From the human T2T-CHM13v2.0 reference genome, Homo sapiens: a stretch of 64,000 bases of DNA. A program made the translations under genes and the position numbers. Of this stretch, positions 25,718-36,339 are shown piece after piece (the stretch's first letter is position 1; each line of letters begins with the position of its first letter). The notes beneath the pieces were generated by a model, which saw only the letters and a list, made by a program, of their open reading frames with translations, was not told the origin of the DNA and ran no database searches. The stretch lies in NCBI RefSeq assembly GCF_009914755.1, contig NC_060938.1; one strand, 5' to 3'.

Positions 25718-28436
25718 TGATATGGTTTGGCTATGTGTCCTCACCCAAATCTCACCTTGAATTGTAATAATCCCCATGTGTTGGGGGAGGAACCTGGTGG
25801 GAGGTAATTGAATCATGGGGTTTGGTCTTTCTCGTGCTCTTCTTGTCATAGTGAATAAGCCTCATGAGATCTGATGGTTTTATAAAGTGGAGCTCCCCTG
25901 CACATGCCCTCTTGTCAGATGCCACGTAAGATATGATTTTGCTTTTCATTTGCATTCTGCCATGATTTTGAGGCATCCTAAGCCATGTGGAACTGTGAGT
26001 CTATTAAACTTTTTTCCTTACATGTACACATATGTTTATTGGAGCACTATTCACAATAGCAAAGACATGGAATTAACCCAAATGCCCATCAATGATAGAC
26101 TAGATAAAGAAATGTGGTACATATATACCATGGAATACTATGCAGCCATAAAAAAGAAAAAAGATCATGTTGATTGCAGGGACATGGATTAAGCTGGAAG
26201 CCATTATCCTCAGCAAACTAATACAGGAAGAGAAAAACAAACAGTGCATGTTCTCACTTATAAGTGGGAGGTGAACAATAAGAACACATGGACACAGGGA
26301 GGGGAACAACTCAGTGGGGCCTGTCAAGGGGTAGGGTTGGGGAGAGAGAGCATTAGAAAAAATACCTAATGCATGCTGGGCTTGATACCTAGGTGATGGG
26401 TTGATAAGTGCAGCAAACCTCCATGGCACATGTTTACCTATGTAACAAACCTGCACATCCTGCACATGTACCCTGGAACTCAAAATAAAAATAAGAAATA
26501 ATAAATAAATAACTCAGCCTTGGGTATGTCTTTTTAGCAGCATGAGAATGGATTAATACACTAAATTGGTACCAGTAGAGTGGGGCATTGCTGTAAAGGT
26601 ACCTGAAAACGTGGAAATAACTTTGGAACTGGGTAACAGGCAGAGGTTGGAACAGTCTGGAGGGCTCAGAAGAAGATAGGAAAATGTGGAAAAGTTTGGA
26701 ACTTCCTAGAGATTTGCTGAATGACTTTGGCCAAAATGCTGATAGGAATATGGACAATGAAGACCAGGTTGAGGTAGTCTCAGATGGAGGTGAGAAACTT
26801 GTTGGGGAGTGGAGTAAAAGTCACTGTCGCTATGCAAAGAGACTGGTGGCATTTTGCTCCTGCCTATAGATCTGTGGAACTTTGAACTTGAGAGAGATGA
26901 TTTAGGGTAATTTGTGGAACAAATTTCTAAGCAGCAAAGTGTTCAGGAGGAAGCAGAGCATGAAACTTTGAAAAATTTGCCCCTGACTATGCAGTAGAAA
27001 AGAAAATCCCATTTTCTGGGGAGATATTAAATTTGTATAAGTAAGTAACAAGGATCCAAATGCTAATCATCAGGACAGTGGGGAAAATATCTCCAGGGCA
27101 TGTCAGAGACCTTCATGGCAGCCTGTCCCATCACATGCCTGGAGGCCTAGGAGGGAAAAATTGTTTCCTGGGCCAGGGTCTGCTGTGTACAGTCTAGGGA
27201 CTTGGTGCCCTGCATCCCAACCACTCCAGCCCTGGCTAAAAGGAGCCAAGGTACAGCTTGTGCCTTCACTTCAGAGGGTGCAAGTCCCAAGCATTGGAAG
27301 CTTCCACATGGTGATGTGCCTGCAGGTGCACAGAAGTCAAGAATTGAGGTTGGAGAACCTCCCCCTAGATTTCAGAGGATGTAAGAAAATGCTTGGATGT
27401 CCAGGCAGAGGTATGTTGCAGGGGCAGAGCCCTCATAGAGAACCTCTGCTAGGGTAATGCAGAAGGGAAATATGAGGTGTGAGCTCCCACACAGAGTCCC
27501 CACTGATTCACTGCCTAGTGGAGCTATGAGAAGAGTGCCACCATCCTCCAGACCACAGAATGGTAGATCCACTGACAGCTTGCGTCCCACATCTGGAAAA
27601 GCTGCATACACTCAATGCCACACAGTGAAAGCAGCCAGGAGGTAGGCTGTACCCTGCAAAGCTACAGGGGCAGAGCTGTCCAAGGTTGTGGGAATCCACC
27701 TCTTGCATCAACATGTCCTGGATATGAGACAGGGTGTGAAAGGAGATAATTTTGGAGCTTTTATATTTGACTGCCCTGTTGGATTTTGGAGTTGCATGGG
27801 GCCTGTAGCCCCTACATGTTGGCCAATTTCTCCTGTTTGGAACAGTTGTATTTACCCAATGCCTGTACTCCCATTGTATCTAGGAAGTAACTAACTTGCC
27901 TTTTGATTTTATAGGCTCATAGGCGGAAGGGATTTGCCTTGTCTCAGATGAAACTTTGGACTGTGGACTTTTGAGTTAATGCTGAAATGAGTTAAGACTT
28001 TGGAGGATTGTTGGAAAGGCATTATTGGTTTTGAAATGTGAGGACATGAGATTTGGGAGGGACCAGCAGCAGAATTATATGGTTTAGCTCTGTGTCCCCA
28101 GCCAAATCTCACCTTGAATTTTAATAATCCCCACATGTCATAGGAGGGATCTGGTGGGAGGTAATTGAATCATTGTGGAAGGTTTTTTTTCCATGTTGTT
28201 CTTGTGATAGTGAATAAGTCTCACAAGATATGATTGTTTTATAAAGGGGAGTTCCCCTGCACATGCTCTCTTGCCTGCCACCATGTAAGAAGTGACTTTC
28301 CTCTTCCTTCACCTTCTGCCATGATTGTCAGGCCTCCTCAGCCATGTGAAACTGTCAGTCCATTAAACTTACTTCTTTTATAAATTACCCAGTTTCAGGT
28401 ATGTCTTTATTAGCAGCGTGAGAATGGACTATTACA
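25718..28436 (+). mobile_element. Complete THE1 (ERVL-MaLR) element: 5' LTR 25718-26560 (split by L1), internal 26561-28074, 3' LTR 28075-28436
   Basis: Both LTRs start t(g/t)atatggttt(g/a)gct...caaatctcaccttgaatt and end gga(t/c)ta(a/t)taca. Internal region starts 'ctaaattggtaccagtagagtgggg' and ends 'gagatttgggagggaccagcagcagaa'. Confidence 0.93.
26020..26505 (+). mobile_element. 5'-truncated L1PA (about L1PA10-13) 3' fragment inside the THE1 5' LTR
   Basis: End of ORF2 ([14 protein letters not shown]), 3' UTR 'gcatgctgggcttgatacctaggtgatgggttgat...cctgcacatgtaccctggaact' and A-rich tail. Confidence 0.9.
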
Positions 28437-28699
28437 AGAACATATGGAGAAACTAACAATTTTATTTAGAATTTTTTTTTTCTAATGATTGTTTCTGGTT
28501 AATTTTCAATGCTAAACCAGACAGATTAAAATAAGACAATTTAGTGTTCTATAAAAAATGCCACAATGTATTAATAATTCCCTCTACTTTACTGAGCTGG
28601 CATTATCAAAGTTCTTTATATTATTTTGATACTTGAGAAAATTATTTGTTTCCATGAAAAAATGAGTACAATGCCTAATGATAGTTTAAATTCTCATGT

Positions 28700-30020
28700 T
28701 GATTAATTCAATAAAATATTTGTGGAGTATTTGCCATATGCAAAGTGGGTTACTTGGTGCTATGGATGTAGCAAGGAACAAAGGAGATCTGGCTCCTGCC
28801 TATGTGAAATTTACAGTCTATCCTACTGAGGCAATCAAATACTTGGTAATTATGAGTGACTTAGGTTGATCTCTGGAAGGTGACCTGATGGAAACTGTGG
28901 ATTGGTTGTTCAGCCAACATTCCATCATCCTTATGGAGAACTAGCTTCACAGACTTTATTAGAATAGTTTTAAATGCAAATTTGGTTCTACGAGTAAAAT
29001 GGAATCATGAGACTTGGAAGGTCTTTTATTTTCCATTCTTCAGCTCTTGAGGGTCAAAAGTCATTTGTGTGATTGCAATGTCTTGATTCTGGATTATTGA
29101 CACCTAACTAGTTTAAGAACTAAACTAATAAATAAGAATCATTCTTAAGGAGCAACTCATGCTACCCTTTTCAGGTAGCTTCTCAGAGGTAGTAGTATCC
29201 CTGATTCATTGATTCTGTTTAGTTTTGGGAGGTTTTCCTTCATGCCCACCCAATATTCTAAAACTCCTATCTTCCGAACCACTTTTGCTGATACAATCCC
29301 TTCTTGATGTAGATAGCTAAAGAGGTTCCTATTATCATCAATAAGCCTTGGTAGCTATGGTTGACTAAGAATTAACAGTCAACTTAGTAGACAGAATTTT
29401 AGGCAGTGAAAACATTAAGTACAAAGGCCAAGAGACAAAAAGGTACACAGACTGTGTTAGCAAAGGAAGGGTGCTTATGTGACTGGGCTGCAGAGAGGCG
29501 AGTTAATTATGCCATTCCAGGAGAAAGATGCAGATTGCTTATATGGATCCAGGATTTTGTGTGTTGATCCCCACACAAAGGGCAGTGTCAGACATAAAAG
29601 TTGTTGAGCCTAGAAATAATATAATCAGTTATTTTTTAAAGGTCATTTTAACTCAGGATAAAAATGAATTTAAATGACTTTAGAATAGTGCTGGGAAATG
29701 GGTTATGGATTTTTTACAAATAAACAATGTGGAGATAATGGTTACATGGACTAGGATGGTGGCAATCAAGTTAAAGAAAACTCCATGAATTAAAGAAATA
29801 CTTAGATATGAAGTTCATAGGATTGTTATTTGAATAGCCATGCAAGCTAAATGTAAATGAGGTATCAAAGATGATGTCAGGTTTCTGATTTGTAAAATTG
29901 AGTTGAAGGTAGTGCCTTTTGCTAAGACATGGATCACAGAATACCAAGATTCTTGAAAAGGATTAAATGTTCACATCTGGACAAGTTGAATTTGAATTGC
30001 CTGTGGAAAATCAGAGAAAG
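28700..30020 (-). mobile_element. Degraded L2, interrupted by an ERVL LTR
   Basis: 'attcaataaaatatttgtggagtatttgccatatgc...ctcctgcctatgtgaaatttacagtcta' and L2-like sequence resuming after 29360 up to 'ggacaagttgaatttgaattgcctgtgg'. Confidence 0.55.
28896..29359 (+). mobile_element. Old ERVL solo LTR (LTR16/LTR40/41-type)
   Basis: Starts tgtgg, internal 'catgagacttggaagg', 3' 'aatcccttcttgatgtagatagctaaagagg'. Confidence 0.45.
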
Positions 30021-30325
30021 AAAATACATATTTAAACATACATTATTAGTCAAGACTGGTTAAATGGTGAAACAGCATAAACATAAGCTTAAAATGATGG
30101 TGTCACCTTAAATATTAATCACAAACAGTAAAAGCAAATTAATAAATTATTATAATTTTAAATTATTAGATTTTTGGATTATTGGAATATTTTAGATTAT
30201 TGGAAGGTAAAAAATATAAAATAAATAATTAAATCATAATTTTAAATTAATGAATGAGATTTCATCTAATTTTTATTGTCTCCAAGGAAATGGTTCAGGT
30301 TTATACATGAGTATTAGACTAGGAA

Positions 30326-30372
30326 TAAAAAAATCAACATAGAGTTAAAAAAAATCAACATAGAGTTAAAAA
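30326..30372. repeat. 20/21-bp tandem duplication taaaaaaa(a)tcaacatagagt x2
   Basis: Seen directly. Confidence 0.85.
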
Positions 30373-31667
30373 GTGCCTTAAATAAAACAAAACTAATATA
30401 ATATGTTTTTAGGTTTACGACTAGGCACAAAGTGATGTTGTTCATTTGTATTATTAGGTAGATAGACAGGAGAAAATAGATATTTGGCTGTTTACAAATT
30501 AAAAAAACAAGTCTATTATAAAAATCAAAACTCCATCTCAGTACAAAAATCATGTCAAACATTTAAACTACTAAAAGGAATAAAGATAAAATATAAATTA
30601 ATTCTTAAAGAGACACCAAGATAATTTCCTTTCATTCATTTGCTCACATTTTGTCTTTTTATGTCTTTCACTCTCTTGGCAGAGCAATAAAACGCTTTAA
30701 CATCTTCTTGGCCTAATAAGATGTATACATCAAAACCCACACTGCCAGTAACATTTCTCATATTTCAGAATGTAACATTTTAATCATAAAGAAATAATAG
30801 AATGAAGAAAAATATAATCTTACATAGGATGTGATGACTCATTAATTCTCACACTAATAATTTGTATAAATCAAGGTGAATGAATATAAACTACATAAAA
30901 TACTTGAGAGGTTTAAGAAAATTTACAGTATCTTACTTGGTATCTAATGAATTTTTAATTCATGCAAGTTTTAATAGAAGGCATATAGCAAGCCATTTCA
31001 AAATTTATGTTGAGATACACTCAATTACAATTAATTCACTGCACCACTGAAGCAGAAAACAGTTGACTTTATGAATATTAGGAATAGTGTCTGATTGCAT
31101 GGTGCCATATCTATTACATTTGACTGCTGGTACATTGTGTAGCACCATGGAAATAAAATTGAATTGAGATCAACATAAAGTAACTGTGACTATATACACA
31201 ATGGCTGTTTTGATGTAATTTAATAAAATTAAGTGCTACATTTTTTTAAGATAACTTAATTTGTATTTTTTTGTTTTGTGCTAACATGCATTTGAATTAA
31301 AATAACATAATTGTATATTTAAGCATAAGCATGAATTTAAAACTACAAAAATATTTTTCTTAAGAAATTAATTGCTATTAGTTTGGATATTTTAAATAGC
31401 TGCTATTTTGATTATGAGCATTTTAACATACCTATTGAAGGTGATTTTAATATTTTTCATACTGTATTAAAACAGATCATTTTGAAGTTTAAATATGTCA
31501 TTAAATGTACTTCAATGACATTTATTGAATTGATCGTTGCCATAGATATGAAATAAATTTTGCAAAAAATCAACTACTAATCATAGATGATTTTTATAAA
31601 AGTTATTTTATAACTTTTGCATCGTTGTTTGGGATGTAATGATGTACAGATTCTTGCTTCTACTTTT

Positions 31668-33025
31668 TTTTTCCTTCACATTTTATTTTAGATTTAGAGG
31701 GTACACCTGCAGATTTGTTACATGAGTATATTACATGATGCTGAGGTTTGGACCCTGTCATCCAGGTAGTGAGCATAGTACCCAATAGAATAGTACCCAA
31801 TAGGTAGTTTTTAGAGCCTCTACCTCCTCTCTTCCTCCTCCGTCTAGTAGTCTCCAGTGTCTATTGTTTCCATCTTTATGCCCATGTATATTCAATGTTT
31901 AGATTGCCCTTATAAGTGAAAACCTGCAGTATTTGGTTTTCTGTTCCTGTGTCAATTCGCTTAGAATAGTGATCTCTAGCTGCATCCATGTTGCTGCAAA
32001 GGACATGATTTCATTTTGTATTATGGCTGTATAGTATTTGATGGTGTATGTGTATAATGTTTTATTTATCCAATCCACCATTGATAGGCACCTATATTGA
32101 TTGCATGTCTTCGCTATTATGAATACTATTGCAATGAACATACACGTGCATATGGCTTTTCGGGAAAAGGATTTATTTTCCTTTGGGTAAATACCTAGTA
32201 ATGGGATTGCTGTGTTGAATGGCAGCTCTGTTTTAAGTTATTTGAGAAATCTCCAAACTGCTTTCCACAGTGGCTGAACTAATTTACATTCCTACCAACA
32301 GTGTACAAGAGTTCCCTTTTCTCTGTAGCCTCACCAGCATCTATTATTTTCTGACTTTTTAATAATAGCTGTTCTGACTTGTGTGAGAAGGTATCTTACT
32401 GTGGTTTTGATTTGCATTTCTCTGAAGATTACTGACAACAAGCATTTTTAAAATAATTTTGTCAACTGCTTGTATGCCTTCTTTGGAGAAGAGTAAGTTT
32501 ATTTCCTTTGCCTGTTTTAATGGGGCTACTTTGTTTTTTTCTTGTTGATATGTTTAAATTACTTATAGATTTTGGTTATTAGACCTTTGTTAGATGCATA
32601 GTTTGCAAATATTTTCTCTTGTTCTGTAGGTTGTCTGTTGACTCTATTGATAATTTCTTTTGTTGTGCAGAAGCACTTTAGTTTAACTAGGTCCCATTTG
32701 TAAATTAACTAACTAATTAATTTAGTCTCACTCTGTTGCCCAGGCTAGAGTGCAGTGGTGTGATCTCGGCTCACTGCAACCTTTGCCTCCCCGGTTCAGC
32801 GATTCTCCTGACTCAGCCTCCCGAGTAGCTGGGATTATAGGCATGTGGCACCATGCCCGGCTAACTTTTTGTATTTTTAGTAGAGACATGGTTTCACTAT
32901 GTTGGCCAGGCTGGTCTCAAACTCCTGACCACAAGTAATCCACCCACCTCAGCCTCCCAAAGTGCTGGGATTACGGGTGTGAACCACCGTGCCTGGTCCC
33001 CATTTGTACATTTTTATTTTTGTTC
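31668..33025 (-). mobile_element. 5'-truncated L1PA16-like, TSD cttgcttct(a/g)ctttt (31653-31667 / 33026-33040)
   Basis: 3' UTR 'gatgctgaggtttgg...caggtagtgagcatagtacccaataggtagtttt...ctagtagtctccagtgtctattg' plus ORF2 C-terminal remnant (31899-32141). Confidence 0.85.
32703..32998 (-). mobile_element. AluS inside L1PA16, TSD cccatttgta (32693-32702 / 32999-33008)
   Basis: Full Alu body. Tail converted to aattaactaactaattaattt. Confidence 0.9.
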
Positions 33026-33097
33026 CTTGCTTCTGCTTTTGAGGAAAATTGCATAAATGCAGTTGTTTTTCAGATGTTCTAAAGGAAATGGATAAGA

Positions 33098-33525
33098 TCA
33101 CACTTATATGTGGAATCTAAAATAGTTGAACTCATAAATGTAGAGAGTACTATGGTGGCTACCAGATGCTGGGGCCATGGGAGAGACGTTGGTTAAAGAA
33201 TACAAAAGTTAAGTTAGATAAGACAAATACGTTCAAAAGGTCTATTGTACAACGTGGTGACGACAGTTAATAACACCATTGTATTCTTAAAAATTGCTAA
33301 GAGAGTAGATTTTAAGTTTTCTTACTATGTGAACAAAACAATAATAAGTATGTGAGGCAATATGTATGTTAATAAGCTCAATTTAGTCATTTCGCAATGT
33401 ATACATATTTCAAAAATGTAAATGATAAATATATACAATTTTATACATTCCACAATGTGTATATACTTCATAACAATATCCTGTACATAGTAAATACATA
33501 CAATTTTATCTGTCCATTAAAAAAT
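33098..33525 (+). mobile_element. L1MA5-7-like 3' UTR with doubled terminus
   Basis: 'gtggaatctaaaatagttgaactcata...ttgctaagagagtagattttaag...tatgtgaggcaatatgtatgttaat'. Confidence 0.8.
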
Positions 33526-34269
33526 ATATATAACATAAATATTGAAAAGAACACTCAGTAAAAAAGTAAAATGTATTTCTTCCTCTTTTCTTTAATATTG
33601 GCAATCATTTCTTCCCATCTATGTACACATATACTATGATCATCATTAATAACATGATAAAAGATATTGATTAAATACCTAATATGTTCTTGCCACTCAT
33701 TTAGGCAATGTAATGATTAGAAAATTATTAAGAAAATATTTACATGCTCATATAAACTCAGTTTACAAGGCTATATCTTATAAATTACAAGCGTGAATAT
33801 TTATTGCCTTATCCATTCATTGTGTGCTGCCTGAATAAGCAGCAATGTTCGAACCCAACATTGAGATAACTGCTGGAAAAAGTTTATACGTTTCCTTTTC
33901 ACATACATTTATTTTATTTATTAGATCTTCCTCTATCAAAGCCTACAATTTCCTCCTAGTATTTAATGGTTTATATCCAATATCTTTAGTGTTCTCAAGG
34001 TCACTACATATTTGCCCCATTAGATTTACCCTTTCAAGATAATTTTGAATGCTTTCCTAAATCCACATACTTTTTAAATCAAAATTTGTGATGCTGCATT
34101 GCTTATGTTTAGAATATTCCTGCATAGGCAATAGTTCTGAGTCCTTTAAGATCTGTATTCTGAAATTATCCTCCCATTCAGAAATCAGCACCTCCCTCTC
34201 TGAACTGCTTGAATTCTGCCATGGCCACATCCTAAAATGTTTGAATTACAATTATTTATGCACAAAGAC

Positions 34270-34360
34270 TTACAGAGAATTCGAGTTGAGAGGAATATTG
34301 GAGCCCCGTACTCCGCAGATGTGAAAACTTGCATTCTTGGAGGTGAAGTGACTTTGCAAT
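34270..34360 (-). mobile_element. MIR3/MIR core fragment
   Basis: 'gagttgagaggaatattggag...cagatgtgaaaact...gaggtgaagtgacttt'. Confidence 0.4.
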
Positions 34361-34678
34361 AACAGATTAGAAGTTCACTTTATCTAAACATCCATATAAA
34401 TAATAAAATCTTCTCTGAGTTCAAGGTGAGATTACTGACAGTCCTTAATATATATTAGTGACAAAGGCCTTCACAACTGTAAAGACGGTCCCAGGTCACA
34501 AACACAAAGGTGGAGCCACATCCTCTCAGTCTCAGTTAATGTTTGCATTTTCTTCTATCACAATGAAGCTTTATATTTTAATCAATTGGAAAAAGATCTC
34601 TCACTTCCTTTGCAAACTGGAAAGGTAGCATTACATTTTCCTCAAAGCCAAATAAAAATGTGTTATTCTATTACTCTA

Positions 34679-35023
34679 TTTTTTTCTTTTTCTTTTTCTT
34701 TTTTTTTTTTTTTTTGAGATGGAGTCTCCTTCTGTCACCCAAGCTTGAGTGCCCTGGTGATCTCCTCTCACTGCAAGCTCCGCCTCCCGGGTTCACGCCA
34801 TTCTCCTGCCTCAGCCTCCTGAGTAGCTGGGACCACAGGCGCCGCGGTCCTGAGTAGCTGGGACCAAAGGCGCCGCCACCGCGCCCGGCTAATTTTTTGT
34901 ATCTTTAGTAGAGACGGGATTTCACCGTGTTAGCCAGGTTGGTCTCGATCTCCTGACCTCGTGATCCGCCCGCCTCGGCCTCCCAACGTGCTGGGATTAC
35001 AGGCGTGAGCCACCGTGCCCGGC
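34679..35023 (-). mobile_element. AluY with an internal 29-bp tandem duplication, TSD tactct(a/c)tttttt
   Basis: AluY diagnostics, many intact CpGs, duplicated tcctgagtagctgggacca(c/a)aggcgccgc. Confidence 0.93.
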
Positions 35024-35166
35024 TACTCTCTTTTTTCTAAATTCTAAAAGCATGAATTTTATGGATAAAAACATCATTCCTTTTTTTACACCAGGTGCTT
35101 TTAAGGCACTGCCAATATGGCATTACTCTCTTGTACAATCTAGTTATGCTTTTCTTAAAAACTATG

Positions 35167-35468
35167 GGTCAGGCTCAGTGGTGCCTGTCTGTAATCCCAG
35201 CACTTTGGGCGGCCCGGGTAGGTGGATCACTTGAGCCCAGGGATTCTAGATCAGCCTGGGCAACATAGGGAGACCCCGTCTCTACCAAAGAAAACTTAAA
35301 ATTAGGCATGGTGGTGCATACCTGTAGTCCCAGCTACTCAGGAGGCTGAGGCAGGAGGATCGCTTGAGCCGGAAGGTGGAGGTTGCAGTGAGTCGAGTTC
35401 ATGCCACTGCACTCCAGCCTGGGTGAAAAAGCGAGACTCTGTCTCAAAAAAAAAAAAAAAAAAAAAAA
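35167..35468 (+). mobile_element. AluJb-like
   Basis: 'cacttgagcccagg', 'gaggatcgcttgagcc', poly-A tail, probable TSD aactatg. Confidence 0.9.
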
Positions 35469-35513
35469 TAGCAACGAAAACCCACAACTATGGATGATTC
35501 CATTTTAACTTCT

Positions 35514-35529
35514 AATATATATGTATGTA

Positions 35530-35565
<36 letters not shown>
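35514..35565. repeat. (TA)(TG)n(TA)n microsatellite
   Basis: Seen directly. Confidence 0.9.
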
Positions 35566-36339
35566 CTTTATTTGTGTAAAGACATTCTATATTAATTTTC
35601 AGTTCTCTATTACATCGAACACTGTAACTTCGAAAAAACTGTCAGTAAGATACATATTGAAAACACATTAGATGACATAGGACAACAAGTTGAATGATAA
35701 AAGGAATAAAATGTGGATAAATTCTGGATCTATATACAAATAACACAGTAAAATGTGCACAATGCACATTTGCAGTTAATACTGCAAAATGACTGATAGT
35801 GAGTGAAGAGATTTATCTTCATGAGGTATTGTAAGTGATGGAAAAAACCAATCTGCATTCATTTAATTAAATGCATTTTTTAAGCAACAAAATATTTCAG
35901 TAAATCTGAAAACAATAGGAGGTTATTTCTATGATCCAGGAATATTCATGGACCATAAGTATTGAAAGATGTAAGGGAGCGGCGTTACAGGGGGCAGAAA
36001 ATAAATAGTAAAGGTCTATACCCAGCTTGGATGAAATTATGCAGATTTGTAGATGATATCCATAAATCACTGCATCACAGAAATTTGGAGCTGGAAGGAA
36101 GATTTGAAACTAACTGTACCAAGGAGTAAAAAAAAAGACCTCCGAAATTTTAAGAAACAAAAATTTATGAGTTTCTGTATTTTCCTATGGGAACTTTATT
36201 CAGGTACTCAAGTGTTGTGTACACAAGAAGGAGGACCAGAAACTAGTTCAATATTTTTATTTTATGCAAGACATTTGAAATTTGAAAAGAAGTGAGCTGT
36301 TCAATTGTGTGTTTGCACAATTTCTAAACACACATGTTT

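Noticed and set aside
26684-27894. Cluster of short ORFs in the THE1 internal region
   Set aside because: Decayed MaLR internal sequence with no continuous frame.
25713-28441. 5-bp TSD for THE1
   Set aside because: Flanks aagat and agaac do not match convincingly.
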